Position numbers and translations under genes: made by a program
Assembly: GCA_964016885.1 (NCBI GenBank)
Contig: OZ024741.1
Location: 222,332,001-222,396,000 of the forward strand
DNA length: 64,000 nt
Origin: Eledone cirrhosa
Lineage: Eukaryota
Direction: 5' to 3'
Notes under the pieces: model-generated
Told to the model about the DNA's origin: nothing
Databases searched by the model: none
Seen by the model: the letters and a program-made list of their open reading frames with translations, nothing else
Shown: one piece after another, positions 1 through 12,700 of the stretch
Layout: every line of letters starts with the position of its first letter
How positions within the stretch are numbered: the stretch's first letter is position 1

Positions 1-2744
1 ACCATGACATTATCAATCAAAGTTAGTTTCAAGGTCATCATAACTATCACATCATCCATCAAACCATTTTTCAGGGCCACCACACCTATTACAACATCAC
101 ATCATATTACTCACATGTTTCAAGGCCACCATACGTATCAGACCATCCATCAAAGCAGCTTTTGAGGTCTACTCCATCTATTACACCATCCAGGCCTATC
201 ACCAGGCTTTGATACTTGGAGAAAGGGGGAATTCAGAACATTCTAGATGGGCACTCTAATCTGCAATAATTCTATTGTAATTTTTGACATTTTTGTTTAA
301 TATCATTTCTTTTGTCCTATTATCAGTGTAGAGAATTTTTTTAACTAGCTTCTTTGGTTGACTTTAGTTTGTTATTTTTTAAAATTCCTTTTTGTTCTTT
401 GTTCTTGTTTTGAGAAGAAAAGTTAGTTAAGTCAAGACTTCAAGGAACATATTCCAGGATATTACTTTTATAAAGTCTATTTTCTAAATCTGAGAATACA
501 CCATCGAAAAGTCGGATGGCAATGCCATCTTGTGTTCTCCTCCTTAGTTTGTTTCACTGTTCACCATATCTATCTGAGAACTACATTCACATCATCCACC
601 AAATTAAGTTTCAATACCTACCATGTCTATCTGATCATCATAATATAAAGTAGATTGGTATCAAAAAGGAATTTTGACCTTTCAACATGTTTAGTGCAAA
701 CTGACAACACAATTATGGCTGAATGTATAGTGATGGTGTCTTTGTGTAATCAACAGCTTTCTAGCAATAGCAGCCAAATCATCATCAAATCTCAACATAC
801 CATCTTAAAAAAGGAAGGACACATAAGATAATATACTATTTGTGAATAAACAACAGCATGATCACTAGTTAGAACATATTTGATGATAAGTCTACTTAAT
901 CATTGATAACCTAGGGCTAAATAACACACCGAACACAAAGTGGTTCTGCAAAGTTTGAATATAAATATTTGTGCAGAAACCTGAATAGAAATTTTCAAAT
1001 TTGCACTCCAAGCTAATACTCGAAAGAAACTCATTGGCCAACTTTACAATTTGGCAGCTAATTGGCAAAGTCGTTAGAATGTAGGACAAAATGACTTGTG
1101 ATATTTCTTCTGGCTTTCTTCTCTCAAAATTCAAATCCCACTGAGGTCAATTTTACCTTTCATCCTTTCAGAGTCAATAAAATAAAGTGCCTGTCCAAGG
1201 TAGAGGATTAACAGAACTGTTAGAGCATTAGGTGAGATGTTTTGTAGTATTTGTTCTAGCTTTCAGCATCATAGGTTCAAATCCCACTGTAATCTATTTG
1301 AGAAGTAGACATTCTGTCATCCAGTTTGATACCACTACTTGGCCCTTGGATCTCTTTGGTATAGTCCACTCTGTTGTAAGCATTCAGATAAGGTCTCTGA
1401 TTTCAGGATACCTTTGTCTCTCCTACCAGTCTCAGAAACCCTGAAATGGGTCATGAGCACTTCCTTTCCCTCATTGACTAAACAGCTAAAAGAAATAGTA
1501 AATGCAACCTCTAAAATCTTATATCTGTGTATAACAAGACTAGATTTTAACAGTTAAGAAATCTTTGAAAGATAAAAAGAAAAAAAGCTATTTAAAAACC
1601 ACAATAAAAACAACTTTAAAAGAAAAATAAACATTTATTGAAAACGATACCAAGATAATAATTTCCAGTCAAACCAATTTCTATGTAGCTGTCATTTTTG
1701 GCAATAACAAAATATACGAAAAGCAAGCACCAAAGATAACATGTTCTACTACAGTAAGAGCAACAAGAAGATTAGTTTGAATTGAGACTTTATCTGAGAT
1801 TTGAAACGTATTTTTTAACAAATCTGCCAGAATGTGTTGAATACATAAATAAAAAAATAAAAAAATGAAACATCATTATCTGGTGATGATGAGATCTAAC
1901 CGTAGAGCAATGGAATCAGTTAAAGAAACTTAGGAGAAATGGTAAATGTTTAGCAATTATTATGATGAGGATGATGCCAAGCCAACAGTAATAAACAACA
2001 CCATTTGTCTCTTTCTCTCTCTTTATCTCTCAATGCATTCATTAATTTATGATGCCCATTATTTTGAGGTAGGAAGAAAGAGTGAGATTGAGAAAGAGGG
2101 ATGGAAAGAGAAAGGCAAATCACATACATTACCATCATCATCATTATATATATATATATAGAGAGAGGGAGAGGGGGTGAAAGAGCACAATGTCAGGGGA
2201 TACTTCATGCTAAATAACTCAAATGAAACCAACCCAGTATTTCATTCTACTGCTACCCGACACCTGGTCTAGTATTCCAGAACTGATAATGTTTGGCTAT
2301 GTCTGTCATGCCATTATTCCAATCTGCCACACACTCCTGTTTACTACTGTTATTTACATCACTTTCTGCATTAATGAATCCTTCAAGTTTGAACATATGA
2401 GGGCTCAGTCTCTTGTGTTGATCAAACCTTGTAAGTGGAACATGGTAGATGGAAACTGCAAAAGCTCATCATGTGTGTGTACCTGTATGTCTGTTTCTTT
2501 GCCTGTGTTTATGTCCCATAACTAGCAGTTTCATAAAATGCAATCAATAAAACAAGTACCATGCTTGAAAGATAAGTACAGGTGTCAATGTGATTGAGAA
2601 AAATTCCTTTAAAGGACTGCCATCAAATGACTTTAAACAGTAAAAAGAAATAAAAAGTCTTTATCTTTTTTTTCAAGTTAAATTTATAATTATTATTTTC
2701 CCAGCAAATTTTGCAGACACTCAGTGTTGAGGATTGCATGGTGC

Positions 2745-2902
2745 CATCCCTTTCCACACTATAAACGTGGTCAAAACTCTGGCCAAATTTAGTCCTGTCA
2801 GAGCACGGTACAGCATGGCCAATTCTGGTCAGACTTGTCTCTCAACATGTACGATCTCCCTAATCCATGCAAGCATGGAAAATGGACGTTAAATGGTGAT
2901 AT
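2745..2902 (+). mobile_element. Short RTE-tail-bearing element (SINE or LINE 3' end)
   Basis: Ends in CCATGCAAGCATGGAAAATGGACGTTAAATGGTGAT, the RTE-type tail seen on the LINE copies in this window; abuts a (TA)n tract. Confidence 0.7.
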
Positions 2903-2914
2903 TATATATATATA

Positions 2915-3365
2915 TCATCATCATCATCATTTTACGTCTGCTTTTCCCTGCTTGCAAGGGTGGGACGGGTCTTATTAAGAATGGCTTATTCGTCACGGTC
3001 CTTTGTCATCTCCATGAGCTTCAGCGATCTGAGGTCTGCTCTCACCCCCTCCGCCCATGTTTTTTGTGGTCTTCCTCGACTGTGTCTTCCTTCTACTGGG
3101 ATTTCTTGGCACTTCTTTACCCAGCAGTCATCCTCAATGCGCATCACCTGTTCATACCAACGCAGTCTTCTCTTCCTCACACTACATCCTATCCCTCTTA
3201 TATACAGTTTCTCTCTCAACTCGTTTATGCTTGGTCGTTCATGCACATTGACACTGCATATCCAACAGAGCATGCTTGCTTCATTTCTCCCCAACCGTCA
3301 CATATCTTCCACAGTTGCTGCCCATGTCCCATTACCATGCAGCATCACACATCTCACACGGGCAT
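2915..3365 (-). mobile_element. RTE-clade LINE 3' fragment, short-tail subfamily
   Basis: ORF 2986-3294 reads RRLRWYEQVMR...GRHSRGRPQKTWAEGVRADL, matching the RTE ORF C-terminus; followed directly by the CCCTTGCAAGCAGGGAAAAG tail and (GAT)n. Confidence 0.9.
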
Positions 3366-3419
3366 AGTTCTCAATATTTTTGCAACAAGGGTAGTGGATT
3401 GACAGAATTGTTAGAACAT

Positions 3420-3688
3420 TGCCCCACCCACTCCCATGGAGGTGCCACGGCAAAAAAGCACCCAGCCCACACTGTAAAGTGGACGTGTAGGCGCCACGAA
3501 AAAAAAGCACCTAGCGCTCACTGTAAATGAGGTTGGTGTTAGGAAGGGCATCCAGCTGTAGAAATCAAGCCAGAATCAGTTCCTTTATGAGCAAGACAAG
3601 GTCAGCCGACTGGACACTGCCCACAACAGGTCAACCCGTCTAACCCATGCTAACGTGGAAGAACGGATGTAAAACGATGATGATGATA
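3420..3688 (+). mobile_element. RTE long-3'UTR fragment
   Basis: Near-identical to 21870-22140; contains GTTAGGAAGGGCATCCAGCTGTAG and ends in the RTE tail plus (GAT)n. Confidence 0.85.
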
Positions 3689-4629
3689 TATACACAGAGA
3701 AAAGAGGGGACCGACAGAGTCGTTAGCACGTCAAATAGAATGTATTGCGGTATTCGTTTCGGCTCGCTGAGTTCAAAACCCACCAAGGTCAACTTAGCTT
3801 TCATCCATTCAAGGTCGATAAAAAGAGTACCAGATTCTTCCTCACTTCCTTTCTCTCAATCTCTATCTTTCTCTGGAAGAAATCTGCTGTATTCAAACCT
3901 GGAGAGGATTGGGCACCACCAGGTTTAAAAATACCCAAGAAACGCCGTATGTCAATACAGGACCATGTCATACCACACACATAACCCAAACAAACTATTG
4001 ATAACTAAAATACTTAACGAGCAGTTTGAAATAGATGTCTACATTTCAAATCTAGCCAGGGCGCTTTACCAGCTTTGTACGGGCTTGTATGCGTGAGTGT
4101 AAGTAAAAACAATGTTTCAGTCAATATTACTGGCACCTAATCAATGGTCTGGATTGGATTTGAACTCACAATTATCTTACATAGAATTACAATAATAAAA
4201 GAAGCTATCTCCACTCCTTGCTCCCTATAAAAAAAACCTAACCTTCCAGTGTCTGTAGCACCTCCACTGACATTGTTATATTTATTACGTACAACAACCA
4301 TCTATCAATTATAGTAAAACAGAAATTAAAAATAAAAGAAATAATAATAATAAAGTAATTTATATAACATCTAATCTTTCTGATTTCTAAGTCGTGTTTT
4401 GACAGTTGTGTGAACTTAGAATTCTAAATAGAACTGGAGTGAAGAGAGAGAGATGGGGGGGGGGGGGGGTCAAAGTGGGAGGGCGAGAGCACGCAGGGTA
4501 GGGGAGAGGGAAGAAGGAAAAACTAAAATAATAATAAATATATCTGAAACACACACATACTTAGATACTTAATACAAACATTTACATACACACTGAAACA
4601 AAATACAAACCATACATAAACACACACGA

Positions 4630-4632
<3 letters not shown>

Positions 4633-4705
<73 letters not shown>
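4633..4705. repeat. (TG)n microsatellite
   Basis: Perfect TG run. Confidence 0.98.
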
Positions 4706-4707
<2 letters not shown>

Positions 4708-5884
4708 CAAACACGCACATACATAATCAAATTAAGTCATATCAGAAATAGATGGAAAAATGAAAGAAAAAAAAAGAACGTTTCATTTTAAGCACATATG
4801 ATCTAAGAATATATATAGGCGAACATGTAATAAACTTGTATAGATAAATAAATAAATATATGGATTCATTATTATTATTACTGAAAACGTGTTAAAAGAA
4901 TTGGAAAAAAACCCAGAAAAAATGATGCATATTTAACTGAAAACGCTATATATATATGTGTGTGTGTACGAAAACAATTATGTTTAAATTATATATATAT
5001 ATAGTATAGTAACAATAGCAGTGACATTTTCCCAATGAATGTAGTTGTATGAAGATATGAAAAGAAGAAGAAAAACTCTAAAGATTATTAGAAATACTGA
5101 AAGAGAATCACGCAATACTCATTACCTTTTCCCTCTTTCTTCTTTTCCTTTATCCAAACTTTCTTTTCGTGTCTCATTTGTTGTGTTTTTTTCTTTTTGA
5201 TGTTTTTGTATTTTTACCTTTCTCAATATCTTGAGAATAAAACTATGTTCAGATGCAGCAGGTTTTAAGAAAAGAGATTTGATTAAAAAAAAACTATTTA
5301 AAAAAAATAATAAATTAAAAGTTCAGCTTGACTGAAAATTATCAGCAGTGAAGATGATAAAGAAGCGAGCAAAAGCAGCAATAATAATTAATGCAATAGA
5401 AGCAGCTGCACCGACAAGCATGCATGCACTGTCTAGCCGGTGGCAGACTATATGACAAAGTTAACGCTGTAGGCCATGCGTGTTTTTATTATGAAGAGGT
5501 GAGAGGTCATGTGATGATGTAATCTTTATACAACAGCAGGCGAAAAGTTGGCACATTACAAACCAAAACTTGATACTGCAATCGTTGTCAACTTGGAGTA
5601 GACATAACAGAATCGCTTATGAGACAATATCAGACTGGATTTTATTAACAATCTTCTAGCTACATATTCATTGCTAGATAAACCATTAAGCAAAATAAGC
5701 ACATGCCTAGGGTATTCAGGGGACCATTTTCAAATGAAATGTATTTGTCATTCTAAAAAAGAAAAAGAAATTTGCAGACTTTATAAAGTGGGGGTGGGGG
5801 TATAACGTTAAATACTTAAGGACCCAAAAGGATTTAATCTGGCTCTGTTCATATTATATCAGAGCTCTTTCATTAACACACACA

Positions 5885-5922
<38 letters not shown>

Positions 5923-5926
<4 letters not shown>

Positions 5927-6010
5927 AAAACAAACTCAGGAATGCAAAAATAGTTATATTAGGTTTACGCTTAGAGGAAGTAGGGGAGGGTTCAACGTTT
6001 CGGACAGAAA
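5923..6010 (-). mobile_element. Penelope-like 3' end fragment between TA tracts
   Basis: Minus strand reads TCC-GAAAC-GTT-GAA then CCCTCCCCTACTTCCTCTAAG; similar to 48015-48125; flanked by (TA)n. Confidence 0.5.
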
Positions 6011-6824
6011 TATATATAATCCAGACAATAAAATGAAAGTGAATGGAAATTAAAGGTGCCTACTTTTTCGTTGTAAACCTTCGCCTCTTGAATATTTTTT
6101 CTTTGATAAACAAAGATTTAATCATGAACAATTTTTTTCCAAATGATTTATTTGTGAATTTGTTCAATACCGACCCGTTTCCTTAAAACAGACAGTTCGC
6201 ATTTTATTATCAACTGTTTTACTCGTATATATCCCCTTAATTTACCTTCGCCAGAATCAGGCTGTTAAACGGAGAAGGAAGACTATGTGGTGTATATTAG
6301 GCAAATTTAATCGACTTTGATAAGTTTACTGTTATTTATTTATTATCGAAATTAGAAACGAAGAAAGCTAGAAATCAACTTTGTCAAGAATTGAAGATAG
6401 TAACATGAGGTTATAAACTGAATTTACATTTCTTCACAAAATAATATATATATATATATATGGTAAATTTATACAAAAAAAAAAACGTCTCGAGTTCGGG
6501 TTGGAAAGTTTTTTCAACGAATGTGAGTAGCTAATAATACACTCACGAAGACTCAGTTTTGAATAAATATCCCCTAGTCTGCAGGGCCAGATTTAATGTG
6601 TGTGTGTGGGGGGGGGGGGTGCCTTAGGACCCCACCATCGACGGACGTAGCAATTTATTTGTGCCCTCAGCTGGGCTTTTTAGTTTTAGGATGGTTAGAA
6701 TTTTTTAATTTAATACCTGTATGTATAACTTTTCAATTCCAATTACTTGCGCCAAGCTAACTTTCATATGTAAAATTGGGGGGTTTGCTGTGTACTCTAA
6801 TATTTTTAGTATGAACCCCCTCCT

Positions 6825-7612
6825 GGTGCAGCCAAATGGCCTGTCCCTCCTCGTAGCAGGGCCACCCAGTACCTGGCTCCAAAACTATGATTCTGCCGTG
6901 AGATGGGTTTGGCGTGGACAACTGAGCAGTCCCTCCTCATAGTGGGGCCATCCAACACCTGCGCCTGGACAGTGGTTTCACTGAGAGAGGCCAACTGGCA
7001 TGTTCCGCCTTCTAGCTGGGTTACCCAGTACCAGGCTCCAAAATTATGGTTCTGCTGTGAGATGGGTTTGGTGTGGCCAACTGGCCAGTCACTTCTCATA
7101 GCGGTGCCATGTGACACCCGAATTGCTGTCCCGCTGTGCAAAGACTTTGGTGTGGCCAACTGGCTTGTCCCTTTCCATAGCGGTTACATCCGGTACCGGG
7201 CTGTATGCATGGTTGTGGTTCCCAAACAGCCAACTGGCCTGTTCCACCTTGTATTGGTACCATCCAGTACCGGCCCTCAAAACTATGCTTCAGATGTGAG
7301 ACAGATTCGGCGCGGCCAACTGGCCTGTCCTCCCTTAAAGTGGTGCCATCCAGTACCAGGCCCCAAAACTATGCTTCCATTGTGAGACAGGTTCAGTGTG
7401 GCCATCTGACCTGTCCCTTCTCATAATAGTGCTATCCAGTTCCACACTGTAAATTTGGTTCGTGTTAGGAAGGGCATCCAGTTGTAAAATCCCTGGCCAA
7501 ATTTACAGTCCCATAGGAGCAAGGTATGGCATGGCCAATTCTGGCCAGACTTATCTCCTGACGTGGGAGACCGTCTCACCCATGTAAGCATGGAAAAATG
7601 GATGCTAAACAG
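6825..7612 (+). mobile_element. RTE-tail element with an internal diverged tandem array (about 120 bp units)
   Basis: Repeated CCAGTACCAGGCTCCAAAACTATG...GTGAGATGGGTTTGGTGTGGCCAACTGG units, then GTTAGGAAGGGCATCCAG and the RTE tail. Confidence 0.65.
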
Positions 7613-8604
7613 TGAGGTTAACTTTGCCTTTCATCCTTACAGGGTCGATAAAATAAAGTATCAGTAATAAACTGGAATAATTGCTGGCCTTGTGCCAAAA
7701 GTAGAAACAATTATGATTATATATATATACACACACACACACATATACATTTACTCTATATGTATTGAGTGCTTATTCAGTTAATGTTAAACTGTTCTTA
7801 TGTCTGATTATACTCAAAGCACATCAATTTATATATATATACACTACACACACACACACATATATATATAGAGGGGGGGGGGGGGCGTAATTTTACTTAA
7901 GACTAGTAATACCCTTATTCAACTCAGTACTCAATAATTAAGGAAAGTGAATTTAGTTATTATAGGATAGAATGCCCGATGTCAAGCTTATTAGTTTTGA
8001 TAGCAAAATTGCTACTAAGCTTGAGTGTTGGGCTTAGATATATTGTGTTTCTATAAACAATTGAACATAAAAATAAACGTTGATTGTTGTTTCAGACACA
8101 CCAAATGTCTTACCTTCCCAAAGATTTTCATTACACAAGGAGAAAAGGAGAAAGAATGGTAATGGCGGAAACTGTTACAAAAACATCTCATTGTGTGAAC
8201 ACACACACTGATGTCTTTTAGAAACCTTCAATTTTTACCACTGAAAACTTCTGCAGCATCAACTGTAGCAAAAATATGAAAATAGGGGCTGTTGATCAGG
8301 GCCACATGACTAATCTTCACCTGCTAAACTACACACACACACACACCACACACAAAAGCTAACCTACAATTCTCTGGAGAAACCCTTACTTAGCTCTTTA
8401 TAAAGAAAAAAAAAGATGTGTATATAGTTGAACAACATGTTTCACAGTATTTTGTTATGAACCTTTGTTTTGAGTTGAAATTCCATCCCAGCTGAGGATC
8501 ACTTTTAACTCTTTCACTATATTTCTAATGAAAGACCTATGATTATCAAATCATTTTGAAAATAATTAGGAATCTCAGAAAATTTGATAAAATAACTCAT
8601 TATT

Positions 8605-8786
8605 TTGGCAGTATCGGTAGAGGGTCGGACGCCATGCTTTCCAGCATAGTTACGTCCCTTTACGATCTGAGTTCAAATCCCGCCGAGGTTGACTTTGCCT
8701 TTCATCCTTACGGGGTCGATAAAATAAAGTACCAGTAATGCACTGGGTAATTGCTGGCCTTGTGCCAATAGTAGAAACAATTATTA
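8605..8786 (+). mobile_element. tRNA-derived SINE, abundant family
   Basis: A-box-like TGGCAGTATCGG, B-box GAGTTCAAATCC and body GTTGACTTTGCCTTTCATCCTTACGGGGTCGATAAAATAAAGTACCAG. Further full or partial copies near 1130, 3760, 7615, 12735, 13915, 19860, 20295, 43430, 60590 and 62270. Confidence 0.85.
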
Positions 8787-9027
8787 AATAGATGTTTAAA
8801 GTATAGCATAATGAAGTTTCTTACATCAAATTATGATGGAATGCTTTTTAGATAAAATAAATAGTTTTGTATCATAGATTGAGAATTTTGATATCAAAAT
8901 GGTTAATCTTTTTTAAGAACAGTAAAATAAGTACTTTACATGATCATTTGACTTGATAGAAATAGCTTGAAAATCTCCCTCAAACTTCAGTTTGAGGGAG
9001 ATTTAATAAAAGGGTCAAGGATATACT

Positions 9028-9182
9028 GGATAATGTAGTCTGATAAACTATGTTGGGGATAGCTATATCAGATAATGTAGTCTGATATACTATGTTGTGG
9101 ATAGATATATCAGATAATGTAGTCTGATATACTATGTTGTGGATAGATATATCAGATAATGTAGTCTGATATACTATGTTGG
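9028..9182. repeat. 42-bp minisatellite (about 3.5 units) inside a dispersed repeat
   Basis: Unit GATAATGTAGTCTGATATACTATGTTGTGGATAGATATATCA. The host repeat (CTAGAAATAGCAGCCAAATC...TCTTAAAAAAGG) recurs near 760, 9275, 14720, 15010 and 18900. Confidence 0.85.
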
Positions 9183-9695
9183 AAAAGATGAGAAAGTAAC
9201 AGATAGAACACTTTTGATCATTATGGCTCATCTGAGATTCAATAACAACAGCAACAAGAAACTTATGAATGATCTGCTAGAAGTAACAACCAAATCCATC
9301 ACAACTCTCTACCATTGTTTTTTTTTTTTTACTGTTTTGTGAAAGGGGGAAGGGTAGTGGACATGACCCGTTTCAGGGTTTCCAAGACTGATGGGAAGGT
9401 GCAAATAAGTCACCCTCAAAGAGTAAATCTGGTCTATATGCTTGCAACAGAATGGACTCTGCTAAAGGCATCTGAGGGTCAGGTGGTGGCATTAAATCAG
9501 GTAATAAATTAAGTCATCTTAAATAAGGGCGATACTAGCTAATGTAGTCCTAGACAGCCATAAAAAGACAGGATAGTTACAACTGGAATACCTTTGATTA
9601 CAGATATGTTGGATCAGGACTGTTTTAGAGCTAAACCTCTTCCTTGCCTTCTAACAAATTTGTAGCCTTGTACCAATATGAAAAAATTATATACG

Positions 9696-9854
9696 CCGTA
9701 TTTCCCGGCACCGAAGACGCACCCTAATTTTGACAACCAAAAATAATAAAAAAAAATAATAATGAAAAATGCAACCTTCAACTTCAGGACGTATGGTAGA
9801 TTTTTGAGACTTATTTTAGGCTAAAAGTAGCGTCTTCGACGCTGGAAAATACGG
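9696..9854. mobile_element. Tc1/mariner (pogo/Tc2-like) MITE
   Basis: Imperfect terminal inverted repeats CCGTATTTCCCGGCACCGAAGACGC / GCGTCTTCGACGCTGGAAAATACGG; TA at the right end. Confidence 0.75.
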
Positions 9855-9864
9855 TAATCTATAA

Positions 9865-10505
9865 GGTGTAATCAATGTAATGGGATTGTAGGCATGCTAA
9901 CAAAGAAAGTAGGCTTCGCATCTTGCAGATACACATGGATAATTGGTAGTAAGAGCATTAGGAAAATACACTTTGTCCAATCCAGATAAGGCTCTATAGA
10001 AGTAGTTGATAGCTTCTGTTGTCTAGGTGATCAAATTAGTAGTTGAGGTGGTAGCTCTGAAAGCATAGTAGCTAGAATAAGAACAGAGGGGAAAAGTTCA
10101 GCAGCTACTACTTCTGTTGTCAACAAAGCAAAGAGCTGATTGTATCATGCTTATGTGAGAAGGGCATGTTGCCTGGCAGTGAAACATGGGTGGTGAATGC
10201 TGATATGCAAAGGCTAGAGAAAAACAAATTGGGTGTACTCCATTAGATGTTTAATGTTAGTGTGCATGAACAACAAAGCATGAATGAGCTGAGAAGAAAA
10301 TTGGACATAAGAGTAATCAAATATGTTGAGGAGAGAAGATTGCACTGGCACAGACATGTAATGCATATGGATGATGATTGTAAGGCAAAGAAGTGCCAGG
10401 AGTTCCAAGTGGTAGAAAGCCAAGAAAGATGTGGTTTTCTGATCTTAAGAAACAATACTTCACAAAGAAGATGACAAAAGAATAAAACAAGTGGAGAGAT
10501 GCTAT
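9865..10505 (+). mobile_element. Degenerate RTE LINE 3' fragment
   Basis: Broken translation includes VDSFCCLGDQISS, GSETW and ERRLHWHRHVMHM, homologous to ORF 20915-21847. Confidence 0.85.
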
Positions 10506-10521
10506 TGCTTCTTATAAGACT

Positions 10522-10719
10522 TTAACCTTTTAGCATTTACATTATTCTATATATACTATTGTATTTTCATCTCATAATTATCTCACATAATATTGAATCT
10601 GAGATTTTGATATTATTTATTTTGAGAAAAATACCTTATCATTATGAGTGGCTGGTTACTGCCAGTTTGAACAGAAAGAGGTGAGAGAATTCTGGCCAGT
10701 TTAAATGCTTAAGGGTTAA
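10522..10719. mobile_element. TTAA-flanked MITE (piggyBac-type)
   Basis: TTAA|CCTTTTAGCATTTA ... TAAATGCTTAAGGG|TTAA; same family at 59081 and 63404. Confidence 0.8.
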
Positions 10720-11044
10720 TGCATAATATTCACACTTGTTTCATTAAGTTAAAGAATGAAATAAGTTACTGAAATACAATAATTTGTCAGTGAATAAAAT
10801 TTTTCAGTCAATGGCATTTGAGATGTTTAGAGCAGCTAACAGGGTTTTTGTCATCGCTTTGCTGGCAGGTTTCCTTGAAGATACTTGACTCTTCCAGTAC
10901 CTCAGCCTTACCTAGTAATGCTGTTGAATGTTTAGAGGGCAAACCAGCATTTCCTATTGTAGTGTGTATGTCTTTTCTATTTTTCTTTTCTTTCTGATTC
11001 ATTTTTATTGTTATTGTCCATTTGGTTTGCCAATTGGGTGAACT

Positions 11045-11385
11045 GTCCACCCTGTAAGGTGGTTATACTGGTGCCACAACAAAAAGCAACCAGTTCATCC
11101 TGTAAGGTGGTCATATGGTGCCATGACAAAAAGTGCCCAGTCCACCCTGTAAGGTGGTTATTTAGTGCCATGACAAAAAGTACCCAGTCCATCCTGTAAG
11201 GTGGTAGTGCTGGTGCCACAAAAAAGACCCCAGTACATGCTGTAATGTGGTTGACATAGGAAAGACATTCAACCAAAGAAAACCAATTCCAAAACAGAAT
11301 GTACAAGATGTGGTCACCAGACCTGTCTGGCCTCATAACATCAAGGCCCGTCTCACCTATGCAAGAATGGAAAATAAACATTGTA
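11045..11385 (+). mobile_element. Degenerate RTE-3'UTR element with subrepeats of about 46 bp
   Basis: Repeated CCAGTCCACCCTGTAAGGTGGT units, then a degenerate RTE tail. Relatives at 28185-28540, 35060-35205 (-) and 43890-44130. Confidence 0.65.
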
Positions 11386-11589
11386 TGTGTATGAATTTCA
11401 AACTGATATGAATTAAACTTTATAACATCGCATCATTTCTGCTATAATCTATTAGGATTATTTTTCAAGCTCTTCTTCATTAAATTAGTAGGTTTCATTC
11501 TGAATCATGTATTTTGTTTGTAGTTTTCTTTGTGATTGTTATGTTTTTACTGACACTTTAAGAATCCACCATCCTCAATAATAACGATA

Positions 11590-11795
11590 ATTTCTAATTC
11601 AGACACAAGGTCAGCAATTTTGCAGACAGGTGAAAGTCAATTGCATCAACTCCAGTACTTGATTGGTATTTTATTTTATCGAACCTAGAAGGATGATAGG
11701 CAAAGTAGACCCCAGCAGGATTTGGACTCGGAACATTATGAGCCAGAATAAATACAGCAAAGCATTTCATCTGATGTGCTAACAATTCTGCCAAA
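11590..11795 (-). mobile_element. tRNA-derived SINE
   Basis: Reverse-complement copy of the 8605 family. Confidence 0.8.
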
Positions 11796-12429
11796 ATAAT
11801 AACTACAAGTCATTTCTAAAAAGTAGTTTTATATTAAAAGAAAAATAACAATGCTAAAAACTATATCCTCCAACAAATTACTTATGATATGACATAGATT
11901 GGAAAATGGTAAGAATTTGTTATTTAGTCGTCTAAAATAAATAAGACTTAAAGAAAGATTGAAGATAATTATCTGACTAGAGGAGTGTTCTTTAGAATTT
12001 CTCTTGCAGCATAGGTAGAATATAAAGATATTAGATAAATATCTCAACTAAATATTGAAATCATAAAAATAATGATTAAAAAAAAAAGACTGTGGATACA
12101 CAACAATCTTTATTCAAAAGATAATAGACTGAACTAAATTTTTAGAGAACAGTAACCTCAAGCTTCATTTTCTATTGTAGGGGGGGGGGGGGAGAAGAGC
12201 TGAGAGAAAGAGAAATAGAAAGATGGGCAGATAGAGGGGGAGATAGGAAACCAAAGAGTTGTAGATATTGAAGTCTATGGCAAAGATTCTAATTTTTTTT
12301 TTTTAATGTGAAAGGCTTTCAGGATATAAACACTAATCAAATAAAAATTGGGGGTGGTGAGGGGGGTGCTGTTTTGTTTTGATTAATTGATGCTTCTTCC
12401 TACTTAATAATAATAATTGTTATCTTTAT

Positions 12430-12700
12430 TGGTCACTACAGCCAACAGACAGGAAAACTGCCTGTCCTTCCTGACCAAAAGAAGATGGCTAGATCCTTCC
12501 TACACGCGACAACAGTTGTTCAACAAAACTTTACAAGTCAGCAATATTCTGATACTGGACGATTGCGTGCAGAACAGTTTCGCAGCTCTGTGTGCATCTT
12601 GGACAGTTTGTCTTGAACCGGCAGTGCCGCCCTCCCCCGGTAGCACAGCCAGGCCAGGGATTTCTGAAAATTATCCAGACCCTGCACAAAGCCAGCAATT
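12430..12700 (-). mobile_element. Tx1/L1-clade LINE ORF2 C-terminal remnant (zf-RVT-like)
   Basis: Frameshifted translation AWLCYRG...LPVQDKL / CPRCTQSCETVLHAIVQ...ADL*SFVEQLL resembles the CCHC-type domain that follows RT in L1/Tx1 elements. Confidence 0.7.

Noticed and set aside
6160-6270. Possible minus-strand hammerhead (CUGAUUC...GAAAC-GG-GUC)
   Set aside because: The core lacks G8/A9, stem I is poor, and no element architecture is visible.
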